IMG/VR virus record: IMGVR_UViG_3300021791_000007
Location: 1 to 28,932 of that record
Direction: 5' to 3' (one strand)
From: a virus
Lineage: Duplodnaviria > Caudoviricetes
DNA length: 28,932 nt
This document shows, one piece after another, positions 6,250 to 15,109 of the stretch. Made by a program: the position numbers and the translations under genes. Under the pieces are notes generated by a model. That model was not told where the DNA came from, did not search any database, and saw only the letters and a list, made by a program, of their open reading frames with translations. The first letter of the stretch is position 1; every line of letters begins with the position of its first letter.

Positions 6250-6357
6250 ATGGCGGGAAAGACGATCACCAAGGTAAAGGGCGGTTGGCGTTGTGGTGGC
6301 AAGGTTTACAAGACAAAAAAGGCGGCACTAGCGGCGAAGAAGCGTCTGGAGTACTAG
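6250..6357 (+). CDS. small basic phage protein (35 aa, MAGKTITKVKGGWRCGGKVYKTKKAALAAKKRLEY)
   Basis: SD GGAGG 9-10 nt before the ATG; its TAG overlaps the GTG of the next gene; below the ORF-track cutoff. Confidence 0.75.
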   Translation: MAGKTITKVKGGWRCGGKVYKTKKAALAAKKRLEY

Positions 6358-6773
6358 TGTTATCCCTGAATCGATTTGTTTATCACCCGTCAGGCACACT
6401 GGGGGTGATCGATATCTCGTTGGAGGGGGTCGAAGAAAGGTTCTGGACTATTGAGCGCCCCTGGCGTGACAATGAGCGCAATGTCAGTTGCATTCCAGAG
6501 GGAGAGTACCCGTTGGAATGGCGGGAAAGTCCGCGATTTGGGATGAGTTGGCACGTTGATGATGTACCCAGCCGTTCTCATATTCTTCTACATGTAGCGA
6601 ATTACCCAACGGACGTGCAGGGGTGCATCGGATTGGGCACGGATTTACTAGGGAATGGTATAGCGGTAGCGAAAAGCAGAGCAGCAATGGAGCGTTTCGA
6701 GGCAATAACGAGAGGCTACCATTGGAGTCTGAGAGTAAAGTTTGTGTCAGATGTGGCGCTGAGAAAAGTCTAG
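6357..6773 (+). CDS. DUF5675-family protein (putative cell-wall enzyme/endolysin candidate)
   Basis: LxR...TLG...TIERPWxDNxxNVSCIPxGxY...RSHILLHxANYxxDxxGCIxxG motif; GTG start after GGAG. Confidence 0.8.
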   Translation: MLSLNRFVYHPSGTLGVIDISLEGVEERFWTIERPWRDNERNVSCIPEGEYPLEWRESPRFGMSWHVDDVPSRSHILLHVANYPTDVQGCIGLGTDLLGNGIAVAKSRAAMERFEAITRGYHWSLRVKFVSDVALRKV

Positions 6774-7210
6774 AAGAATTTGTCATATCGAACGCCACCC
6801 CTGGTGGTAGGGCAAAGCATTGCAAGGTGTGCCACGCCAAGAGGGGGAGGGAGACGTGGAGGAAGAACGCGAGTTCGTCCTTAAAAAAATTTTTAACATA
6901 CAGGGTGACGAAAACCCGGAATTACACAGCGGTTAAAACCCGTGGTTTACCGCACACACTGGTGATGAAGGATGTGATGGAGATGTTTGAGGAGCAGAAT
7001 GGACTGTGTGCAATCTCTGGCATACCGATGACGCATGACTTAGATCACACAGACACAAACGTGAGCATTGATCGGATCGATCCTAATAAGGGGTACGTGA
7101 GGAGCAATGTTCGTTTAACAACGACCCGTGCAAATTTAATGCGGCACACAATGGATGACTCCATGCTGCGTTGGTGGGCAAGGGCAATTCTCTCTAAGGA
7201 GGATGAGTGA
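6722..7210 (+). CDS. HNH-type endonuclease with N-terminal Zn finger
   Basis: CxxC...CKxC finger followed by CAISG...SIDRIDPxKGYxxxNV...N; TTG start after GAGG (start uncertain). Confidence 0.8.
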   Translation: MESESKVCVRCGAEKSLEEFVISNATPGGRAKHCKVCHAKRGRETWRKNASSSLKKFLTYRVTKTRNYTAVKTRGLPHTLVMKDVMEMFEEQNGLCAISGIPMTHDLDHTDTNVSIDRIDPNKGYVRSNVRLTTTRANLMRHTMDDSMLRWWARAILSKEDE

Positions 7211-7401
7211 GTGATTTAGACACTGAAGAAAGGACGGTAGAGCAAAGGAAGTTGGCAATTAACGAATTTACACAATGGCTTGGCGGGGTTGACCTCGCAA
7301 CTGCAAAGGTAGCTGATTCACCTTCTACACCAAGAGTGATATTAGGTGATGACGGGGTTCAAGTACTAATAGATGCTTATAACGGCAGATTAGTTAGATA
7401 G
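7207..7401 (+). CDS. hypothetical protein (64 aa)
   Basis: GTGA overlap with the HNH stop; strong SD AAGGAGG. Confidence 0.75.
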   Translation: MSDLDTEERTVEQRKLAINEFTQWLGGVDLATAKVADSPSTPRVILGDDGVQVLIDAYNGRLVR

Positions 7402-7406
7402 GACGC

Positions 7407-8990
7407 ATGGCAGAGATAGAAGAAATCGCCAGAAAATTTAAGGGGAACTTCCCTCTTTACGCTCAGAACTGTTTGAACATTGTGACCAAGGAGGGGGAGG
7501 TAACTCCCTTCAGAATGAATCCTGGTCAATTGTTCATACATAAAAAGCTTGAGCAGCAAATAGAAGAGACGGGCAGGATTCGCGCCCTAATTTTGAAAGC
7601 ACGCCAGGTCGGGATCTCGACATACGTTGAGGGCAGATTTTTTTGGCGGATAACGCAGACTAGGAACGCGAACGCATTCGTACTGTCTCACCTTGCTGAG
7701 AGTACCAATTCAATTTTCAACATGGTGCGATTTTTCTATGATCAGCTACCTCATCCCGCATTCCGACCAAAACTTGCAAGTCAATCCGCCCAAACGTTGG
7801 TGTTTGACGAATTGAATTCTCGTTATCGAATCGGGACGGCGCGTTCAACCCAAACGGGTCGTGGGCAGACCAACAGGTTTGTTCACGGCTCTGAGGTTGC
7901 TTTCTACCCCCAAGGTGGAGATATCACTTCCGGGCTACTACAAACGGTAGGCGGACAAGGATCAGAAATTATTCTAGAGAGTACCGCCAACGGTGCGGGG
8001 GGTTGGTTTTACGACCAGACCATGAAGTCGTTGCGTGGGGAGACGGACTGGGTGACGTGTTTCGTACCTTGGTATTGGATGCCCGAGTACCGCGTAAAGC
8101 CAGATCCTTACTTTGAGAAAACACCAGAGGAAGAGGAACTCGCCCAGCGATATACGCTGACAGATGATCAGATCTGTTTCCGGCGGGCAAAATTAAACGA
8201 GCTGGGATCGACAGATCTATTTCGACAAGAGTACCCATCGACCCCCCTCGAAGCATTTTTAACTTCAGGAAGATGTTTTGTAGAGGATTCCGCACTAACG
8301 ATGGCGGAGCGGAATTGCTACACACCGGATTTCACGGGTGAGTTTAGGAACGGGGAGTTGCACAAACGCCAGAGCGGTCCTTACCAAGAATGGTACAAGC
8401 CTGACAAAAATGATACTTACACGATAGGTGTCGATGTGGCAGAGGGATTAGAGTACGGGGATTACTCGTGCGCCCAGGTTTTAGATTCACGGGGAAACCA
8501 GGTTGCATCCTGGCATGGGCATGTCGATCCGTTCGAGTGGGGCAACGTGATCAACTACCTTGGCAAACGGTTTAACAATGCGTATGTGATTGTCGAGAGA
8601 AACAACCACGGACTGACAACACTCCGCCGAATGCAGGAATTGCAGTACCCGTCGCTGTATGTGGAACAAACCGTCGATAATGCTTACGCGGATCGGATCA
8701 CCAGGCGTGGTGGTTTTCTCACAACGTCGAAAACAAAACCGCTGATTATTGACAATTTGGCGGCGCTTTTAAGACAAGGAAGTTCTGGGATCGCTGATAT
8801 AGAATTAGTTAACGAATTACGGACCTATGTGATTGATGAAAAGGGTTCGTTCAACGCTCAGTCTGGGTGCTATGATGACCGAGTGATTGCGTTCGCCGTT
8901 GCACTGCATGGACTCGCCTCGATGCCGAGAGTACGGCATCACAGAACAGAACGAAGATTTACTACCGTAGATGACGTGGTGGGCTATTAA
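7407..8990 (+). CDS. terL: terminase large subunit
   Basis: ILKARQxGxST (Walker A), HGSEVAF (Walker B), ESTANG coupling motif, IGVDVAEG and DDRVIA RNase H-like nuclease aspartates. Confidence 0.95.
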   Translation: MAEIEEIARKFKGNFPLYAQNCLNIVTKEGEVTPFRMNPGQLFIHKKLEQQIEETGRIRALILKARQVGISTYVEGRFFWRITQTRNANAFVLSHLAESTNSIFNMVRFFYDQLPHPAFRPKLASQSAQTLVFDELNSRYRIGTARSTQTGRGQTNRFVHGSEVAFYPQGGDITSGLLQTVGGQGSEIILESTANGAGGWFYDQTMKSLRGETDWVTCFVPWYWMPEYRVKPDPYFEKTPEEEELAQRYTLTDDQICFRRAKLNELGSTDLFRQEYPSTPLEAFLTSGRCFVEDSALTMAERNCYTPDFTGEFRNGELHKRQSGPYQEWYKPDKNDTYTIGVDVAEGLEYGDYSCAQVLDSRGNQVASWHGHVDPFEWGNVINYLGKRFNNAYVIVERNNHGLTTLRRMQELQYPSLYVEQTVDNAYADRITRRGGFLTTSKTKPLIIDNLAALLRQGSSGIADIELVNELRTYVIDEKGSFNAQSGCYDDRVIAFAVALHGLASMPRVRHHRTERRFTTVDDVVGY

Positions 8991-10966
8991 TGGCAGAGAC
9001 AGACTACGAGCAAGGTGAAGACCAGGCGCAAGAATTAAAAAGCCTGGGGGCTATGCTACAGGCTAGGTTCTTGACCTACAAAGATGCCCGTAAAGAAACC
9101 GAAAACGAGTGGATAAAAGATTTACGGCAATACTCTGGGCAGTACGAGCCAGAGGTTATTGCCAAGCTTAACGAGGCTGGTGCGCGGTCGAAGGTTTACG
9201 TTGGGCTAACACGCACAAAGGTTATGGCGGCGTACAGCCGTATTGTTGATTTACTATTTCAGACTGGGGATTCCTTCTATGGAATAGAGCCAACTCCTCG
9301 CCCCAGAATCGATCCCATGCAAGCCCTGGCATTAAGGCAGCAAGCGATTGCTGAAGTTGTTTCACTAGCCAACCCAGGACAAAGTGGTGCTGACCCAGAG
9401 ATGGTTAAGCAGATCGTGATGGAGCGCGAGGACGAGTTAAACGAGGCGGTGCAGGATGCGGAGAAAGAGATAGCGGAATCTGCTGCCGAGGAAATGAAGG
9501 TAGACATCGATGATTGGTTGGTCGAGGGCGGCGTCGATCAGAAGATGAAGCAGTCAATTCTGGAAAGCTGTATTTTTGGTTCCGGTGCTATTAAAGCCGG
9601 GACGGTAAAGATCGACCAAGTCCAGAGTTATGCCAAGGTTATGCAGGAAGATGGCACCGAAGGATTTGCCCTGGTGATTCAGGAAACGCCAGTTCCAGAA
9701 ATCGAGTCGGTTTCCATTTTTGATTTCTATCCCGACCCCTATTGCACGACGCTAGAAGATTGCGCTGGTGTATTCCGCCGCCACGTTTTAACGAAGCGTC
9801 AGTTCAAAGACTTGGGGAAACTACCTGGGTTTGATGACGAGACCATCAAGAATATTTGCAAAACGAATCACGATGGTAATCACACCGAAGAATCTCACGA
9901 GAGAACCCGACGAGAAATTGCTGGGTTAAAGCAGGGCGGTGAGTCCCACCGTTTCGAGGTACTGGAATTCTGGGGTTCGATTGATGGCTACGACTTAAAA
10001 GAGAACGGCGTAGAGATGCCAGAGGACGCAGACTTGGGTATGGACTTCGATGCCAACGTCTGGATTTGCGATAACAAGGTTGTTCGTTCAATGTTGAATC
10101 CGGTTAGGGGGTACAAAATTCCCTACCATGTCTTCCCCTATGAAAAGACCCCGCACCAATTTTGGGGTACTGGGGTGCCTCGTATGATGCGAGACAGTCA
10201 GCAGACCATGAATGCGGCGACCAGAATTTGGTTAGACAATCTGGCGTTAAGTTCTGGTCCCATGTGCGAGGTCAATACAGACCTATTGGCGGCGGGAGAA
10301 GATCCTACTGACATTCACCCCTGGCGCGTATTTTTGCGAGAGGGCGGTGACGGCGCAATGCAGGCTGTGCGTTTCTATCAACCTATTGCTAATGCCAATG
10401 GTCTAAATCAGATCGTAGAAATCTTCAGGCGTTTCGCGGATGAGACCACAAGTCTCCCGAGTTACACCCACGGTGAGCAAACCAGGAGCCTCAATAAGAC
10501 GGCAACGGGTATGTCAATGCTCATGGGCGCGGCAAATGTTGCGCTAAAGTCAACGATTAAGAACCTTGATGATTTCCTCATAAGACCTATGATAGAGGCT
10601 ATATTCCATTTCGCGATGGAGTTTGGTAGTAACCCAAAGGCGAAAGGTGATCTCAAGATCCACGCCAAAGGTAGTACTGCCTTGATTCAACGCGAGGTGC
10701 AGAGCCAGAGGTTGTTACAATTTCTGTCGCTGGTCTCTAATGAGATGGATGTTCAGACGGTGGATCGAACCGCACTCTTGCGTGAGATAGCGCAGAGTAT
10801 GGATATCGACCCGGAAAAATTTGTTTTTAGTGAGGAGCAGATAGCTGCCCAACAACAAGCGATATTACAACAACAGATGCTCGCCGGACCAGGCGAGGGC
10901 GCTGAACCGATTGGCTCAGGTGCCGGAATGGGCGCTCCTGATGGAGTTGTTGCATTCCCGTCTTGA
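8990..10966 (+). CDS. portal protein (P22/933W-like podoviral)
   Basis: 658 aa directly after terL; TRTKV, DFYPDP, FWGxG, TATGMSML motifs; Q-rich C-terminus. Confidence 0.88.
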   Translation: MAETDYEQGEDQAQELKSLGAMLQARFLTYKDARKETENEWIKDLRQYSGQYEPEVIAKLNEAGARSKVYVGLTRTKVMAAYSRIVDLLFQTGDSFYGIEPTPRPRIDPMQALALRQQAIAEVVSLANPGQSGADPEMVKQIVMEREDELNEAVQDAEKEIAESAAEEMKVDIDDWLVEGGVDQKMKQSILESCIFGSGAIKAGTVKIDQVQSYAKVMQEDGTEGFALVIQETPVPEIESVSIFDFYPDPYCTTLEDCAGVFRRHVLTKRQFKDLGKLPGFDDETIKNICKTNHDGNHTEESHERTRREIAGLKQGGESHRFEVLEFWGSIDGYDLKENGVEMPEDADLGMDFDANVWICDNKVVRSMLNPVRGYKIPYHVFPYEKTPHQFWGTGVPRMMRDSQQTMNAATRIWLDNLALSSGPMCEVNTDLLAAGEDPTDIHPWRVFLREGGDGAMQAVRFYQPIANANGLNQIVEIFRRFADETTSLPSYTHGEQTRSLNKTATGMSMLMGAANVALKSTIKNLDDFLIRPMIEAIFHFAMEFGSNPKAKGDLKIHAKGSTALIQREVQSQRLLQFLSLVSNEMDVQTVDRTALLREIAQSMDIDPEKFVFSEEQIAAQQQAILQQQMLAGPGEGAEPIGSGAGMGAPDGVVAFPS

Positions 10967-11126
10967 AAACGTTCACGAGAGGTTAGAGAACGTGGGCGAA
11001 AATAATTTTAGATTTGAGCAGGGTAGAGTAGCAGAGCTTCGCTTCCTGCTTGATTTAGAGGATACCGCCAAGGCGGTCCTCGACGGTGATCGGGTGGTTC
11101 ACAAGACCCACGTTCACGAATTGTAG
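10911..11126 (+). CDS. small head-associated hypothetical protein (between portal and scaffold); true start may be CTG 10845
   Basis: W...RL...L...FxxxQGRxxExxxLL helical pattern in the typical post-portal position. Confidence 0.7.
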   Translation: MAQVPEWALLMELLHSRLENVHERLENVGENNFRFEQGRVAELRFLLDLEDTAKAVLDGDRVVHKTHVHEL

Positions 11127-11166
11127 CGGACACCCCAAGTGGAACCGAATAGAAGGGAAGAATCAC

Positions 11167-12075
11167 ATGAGTAAAAATGACCCGGAACGTTTAGAAGCGG
11201 AAGCGCGGGAAATGCTTGAAAAGGTATTGGAGGCAGACCTAGCACCTACGACAGAGGAAAAGCTAGAAGAGCCTGAGATCCTTGAAAGCTCGGCACCCGA
11301 GGAGCCAGAGGAGACTGCCGAACCCGTAGTGGAGGCTACTGCCGAAGACACAGAACAACGCGGCGAAGTGTCGGAAGCAGAGTTAGTTGCAAAAGCTAAC
11401 CTCCGTTATAAGAACGCCCAGGCAAGAATGACGCGAGCAACGCAGGAAACGGCTGAACTTCGTAAGTCGAACGAAGATTTGGCACATCAGATTGCGGAGC
11501 TTCGCTCACAGCTTGTGGAGAGTCAGCGAGATCCAGCGAAGATCAAGCAAGCGCGGGAAGATTATCCTGAACTTGCGGGACCACTACTGGACGAGCTAGA
11601 CGCGACACGAGCAGAGGTGATCAATGCCCAACGTGACATTGAATCGTTGAGACAATCGCGCGTAGAGGAGTCGGAAAGAAAGTTGCAGGATGAGCATTAC
11701 GAGCGCATCAGTTCAGAACATCCAGACGTGCAAGAAATTATTGCAACGTCGGAATGGGATGAATGGTTAGAGGCTCAAGATGATCAGACCAGGGGCTGGA
11801 TAGCCGGTGGATCTTCTAACGACGTGAACACAGTCTTGTCTCGATTCAAGTCGGCACATAATTTGGACAAGAAGACACCTACGCCGCAAGAGTCGGCGCT
11901 GACGCGGGCAAAGAAGGTAGCTGAACCTGACTTGCCAAAAGCGCGAAAGTCGCCGGATGGGGCTGGAAAGAAAGTTTGGTCTGTCGAAGACATCAAGCGG
12001 ATGCCACTAGATCAGTTCGAGAAGCATCAGGCAGAGATCCTCGGCGCGTTAGACCAGGGTGAACTCCAGCGTTAA
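11167..12075 (+). CDS. capsid scaffolding protein (302 aa)
   Basis: Acidic, coiled-coil protein just before the capsid gene; HPD...W..W motif; ATG after GGGAAG. Confidence 0.8.
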   Translation: MSKNDPERLEAEAREMLEKVLEADLAPTTEEKLEEPEILESSAPEEPEETAEPVVEATAEDTEQRGEVSEAELVAKANLRYKNAQARMTRATQETAELRKSNEDLAHQIAELRSQLVESQRDPAKIKQAREDYPELAGPLLDELDATRAEVINAQRDIESLRQSRVEESERKLQDEHYERISSEHPDVQEIIATSEWDEWLEAQDDQTRGWIAGGSSNDVNTVLSRFKSAHNLDKKTPTPQESALTRAKKVAEPDLPKARKSPDGAGKKVWSVEDIKRMPLDQFEKHQAEILGALDQGELQR

Positions 12076-12106
12076 CTTTTAACTCATGCGATAGAGGTGA
12101 ATAGCG

Positions 12107-12964
12107 ATGGCTTTTTCATGGTTTAGCACCGGAGCCACGTCAGAAGACAACTTTATACCTGAGATTTTTAGCAAGCTTTTGCAGGCTAAATTCTACAAAG
12201 CTTCTGTTCTCCCCGCGATTTCCAATACGGATTACGAGGGTGAGATCAGTGGTCAAGGTGACAAAGTTGTCATTCGCACCGTTCCCGCAATTACGATCAA
12301 CGACTACGCTGGTTCTATTACTACTCAAGAACTGGCGACGGCGAAGGTCGAATTGCTAATCGACAAGGCTAAGTACTTTTCGTTCGAGGTTGATGACGTG
12401 TTGGCTGCACAAGCTGACATTAGTCTTCTGGAAGCGGCTAGTGCTGATGCTGCGGAGGGTATGCGAGTTGCTGTTGAGAGCGACGTTCTTACGAACGTTG
12501 TGACTGGCGCAACGACCACTGGTGCCCAAACGACGATTACGGCTGCGAACATTCTGACAACCATCCTTGCAATGTCCACTGATCTAGACGAGTTGAACAT
12601 TCCAGAAGAAGGACGATTCATCGTTCTCTCTCCTGAATTTGTCAGCCTGTTGAAGCAGTCGGAACTACGTCAGGCGTACCTGACGGGGGATGACACGTCT
12701 CCGCTGAGAAACGGACGAGTTGGTATTGTAGATAGGTTTACTGTTTATCAGTCGAACATGCTCTACACGGCTAGCTCTGGTGCGGACAGTGGGTACACCC
12801 ATGTTCTCGCCGGACACCCGAAAGGGATTTCGTTTGCTTCTCAATTTACCAAGACCGAGACAATACGGATGGACACCAAGTTTGGTGACGCCGTTCGTGG
12901 ACTCAAAGTCTATGGCAGCAAAGTAGTCACTCCTGACTGCCTAGTTGTCGGTAAGTGGACGTAA
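12107..12964 (+). CDS. major capsid protein (HK97 fold, P22-coat-like)
   Basis: FIPEIFS, NTDYEGEI..GDxVxI, IDKAKYF, LDELNIPxEGR, RGLxVYGxKV motifs; SD GAGGTGA; followed by a terminator. Confidence 0.92.
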   Translation: MAFSWFSTGATSEDNFIPEIFSKLLQAKFYKASVLPAISNTDYEGEISGQGDKVVIRTVPAITINDYAGSITTQELATAKVELLIDKAKYFSFEVDDVLAAQADISLLEAASADAAEGMRVAVESDVLTNVVTGATTTGAQTTITAANILTTILAMSTDLDELNIPEEGRFIVLSPEFVSLLKQSELRQAYLTGDDTSPLRNGRVGIVDRFTVYQSNMLYTASSGADSGYTHVLAGHPKGISFASQFTKTETIRMDTKFGDAVRGLKVYGSKVVTPDCLVVGKWT

Positions 12965-12981
12965 TAGGCGTTATTAGAATT

Positions 12982-13008
12982 GGGGGTGGGAAGCCACCCC
13001 CTCTTCTT
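12982..13008 (+). terminator. rho-independent terminator after capsid gene
   Basis: GGGGGTGG-gaag-CCACCCCC 8-bp stem followed by TCTTCTT. Confidence 0.75.
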
Positions 13009-13025
13009 ACACATAAGGGGATACA

Positions 13026-13184
13026 ATGAGCTTCATGGATTTTTTGAATGTAGTGACTTTTTTTATAGCGGCAGCATCTGTTGTTTGCGCCACTACTGAA
13101 AGACCGAGTGCCAATGGGTTCATAGGGAGGCGGATTTATCCAGCCCTACAAATCATTGCTCTCAATGTATGGAAGGCGAAGTAA
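13026..13184 (+). CDS. small membrane protein (52 aa, MSFMDFLNVVTFFIAAASVVCATT...IALNVWKAK)
   Basis: SD AAGGGG; hydrophobic N-terminal helix; its TAA overlaps the next ATG; below the ORF-track cutoff. Confidence 0.75.
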   Translation: MSFMDFLNVVTFFIAAASVVCATTERPSANGFIGRRIYPALQIIALNVWKAK

Positions 13185-13432
13185 TGACTACACCGAAGGA
13201 CGAGTTGTACCAAGAGGTGAAAGACGAGTTCGACGTACAGGTTGATCGCCGTCTTTCGTTAGATCAATTACAGGATCAGCAGAACAGAATGAGAGCTGAA
13301 AGAGCAAACCCAACGCCGGAGAAAAAAGTTCTCGTGCCCAAGAGGGTGCGAAATGTGATAACGGGTAACGAGTTTGACTATACGGAACTCTTCAAGGGTA
13401 ACCCTGATCTACAAGTTATCGAATGGGAGTGA
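13184..13432 (+). CDS. hypothetical virion-associated protein (82 aa)
   Basis: ATG in TAATG overlap, AAGG SD. Confidence 0.75.
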   Translation: MTTPKDELYQEVKDEFDVQVDRRLSLDQLQDQQNRMRAERANPTPEKKVLVPKRVRNVITGNEFDYTELFKGNPDLQVIEWE

Positions 13433-13437
13433 TCTGA

Positions 13438-14109
13438 ATGGCAACCACCAAAGTTGTCGATCTCATAGATCGAGCCTCAATCATATTGCAGGACAGCACG
13501 AATGTTCGCTTTCCCCAGGCGGAGTTATTGAAGTTCTTCAATGACGCTCAGAGGGAAGTGGTTCTACATCGTCCTGATGCAAAAATGGTTAATGCGAGCT
13601 TAACGCTGGTAGCGGGCAGTAAGCAGGCATTACCGGCAGCAGCATTACGCTTGATAGAGGTTGTTCGCAACGTTGGCGGACGTGCTGTCACACAGGTGGA
13701 TCGAAGAATTCTCGATGAGACTCTTCCGAACTGGCACGAGACTGCTGCCGGAACGAACAAGATTGAGCATTATGTCTACGAACCAGCCGACCCAAAGAAT
13801 TTCTATGTGTACCCCAAGGGGACCACGTCACTAGATCTGGAGATCGTTTATAGCGCCGCCCCGTCTGACATTGCGATCAGTAACTTCGCGTCGGATACGA
13901 CGGTTATTTCGGTGGACGATGTGTATGCGAATGCGATACTCGATTACATTCTATATCGCTCGTACCAGAAAGATTCTGAATTTGCCGGTAATTCTCAACG
14001 CGCACTAATGCACTACCAGAGCTTTGGTAATTCTCTGGGGGTGAAGACGCAAGCAGATATGGCGGTTACGCCATTACCGGAGACCGGACTTAACGTAGCC
14101 CGCGCATGA
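13438..14109 (+). CDS. head-tail adaptor (DUF6682-like)
   Basis: L.D...VRFxxxELxxxxNxAQ...RPDA, FYVYP, DYILYRxYxKDxE pattern and position after the capsid gene. Confidence 0.75.
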   Translation: MATTKVVDLIDRASIILQDSTNVRFPQAELLKFFNDAQREVVLHRPDAKMVNASLTLVAGSKQALPAAALRLIEVVRNVGGRAVTQVDRRILDETLPNWHETAAGTNKIEHYVYEPADPKNFYVYPKGTTSLDLEIVYSAAPSDIAISNFASDTTVISVDDVYANAILDYILYRSYQKDSEFAGNSQRALMHYQSFGNSLGVKTQADMAVTPLPETGLNVARA

Positions 14110-14726
14110 AGTACACGGACTTCTCTCTTTACATAAGACCTGAAGTCCAGGGCGCCCCGGATTTTCTCGTCGAACGGGCTGTCCGAGACTCGGCAATTGA
14201 TTTCTGTCAGCGAACTGACATCTACATTGCAGAGCCGGAGTACATAGCTATATCGGCTAATGTTAATGAGTACAGCGTATCGATCCCAACCGCCACGGAA
14301 CTGAATCACATTATCGATGTCTATAACGACAAGACACCCTTAAAGCCGGTTAGCTATACGGATTTACTTAGGCGCCTGGGCGATGAGGATGAGACAGGGA
14401 CACCGCGATATTATTCGCAACGAGATAACGATGTCTTTTTCGTTGCACCTGTACCTGATGCGGCTGAGAGTTTTCGCGTCATGTTTACACTAAAACCAAC
14501 CTCCACCAGTTCTAGCCTTACCGACGCCGTCGCGAAGGAGAACAGGGAGATCATTACACACGGCGCTTTATACAGATTGCAAATGATGAACGGTCAGGTC
14601 TGGACAAGCCTAGCGATGGCGGAAGCGAATCGTGGTTTATATGAGAAGGCTGTCGGAAGAATGGTCAGGCAAGCCAAATACGGATCTGGTGGATCACTAA
14701 CCGCCGTTAACCGGGAGTTCATCTAA
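14106..14726 (+). CDS. second adaptor / tail tube-like virion protein
   Basis: V.G.P......A...AIDFC..T, GxPxYY, PVPD, HGALxRL motifs; ATGA coupling. Confidence 0.7.
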   Translation: MKYTDFSLYIRPEVQGAPDFLVERAVRDSAIDFCQRTDIYIAEPEYIAISANVNEYSVSIPTATELNHIIDVYNDKTPLKPVSYTDLLRRLGDEDETGTPRYYSQRDNDVFFVAPVPDAAESFRVMFTLKPTSTSSSLTDAVAKENREIITHGALYRLQMMNGQVWTSLAMAEANRGLYEKAVGRMVRQAKYGSGGSLTAVNREFI

Positions 14727-15106
14727 TGGCATATTCCTCCACAATAGATGTTGTTCAGGGTGACAGGCTTCCAGAGCTAGAGGTCACCTTAAAGGATTCT
14801 AATAAAGCGGCTGCTGGTCTATCGCTCGACGAAGAAGATTCGGATACTTTTGCCCCCATAGATATTACGGGGCATACGGTTAGGTTGAGGGTTAGGAAGG
14901 TTGGTTCATCGACCGTCCTTAGCTCGATTACAGGGACCATTACCGGCGCAAGCACCGGCAAGGTAACCTTTATTTTCGACACGGATACTTTTGATACTCC
15001 GGGGGTTCTTGAGGGTGAGGTTGAACTAAGTGATACAAACTCTCCGGCTCGAACACAAACCGTGGTTGACCTTATTAAGTTCAAAGTTCGCTCTCAGTTC
15101 GGGTAA
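14726..15106 (+). CDS. BppU-like Ig-fold virion protein
   Basis: QGDxLP...L.D...PIDITG..VRL...GxVTF...GEVE pattern. Confidence 0.6.
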   Translation: MAYSSTIDVVQGDRLPELEVTLKDSNKAAAGLSLDEEDSDTFAPIDITGHTVRLRVRKVGSSTVLSSITGTITGASTGKVTFIFDTDTFDTPGVLEGEVELSDTNSPARTQTVVDLIKFKVRSQFG

Positions 15107-15109
15107 TCA

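Noticed and set aside
5729-6277. 182-aa ORF spanning terS and the non-coding tract
   Set aside because: It overlaps terS out of frame, has no SD, and reads through G-runs and repeats with implausible composition.
11127-11150. Structured RNA motif before the scaffold gene (CGGACACCCCAAGTGGAACCG)
   Set aside because: Only weak pairing is visible and it cannot be supported without homolog alignment.
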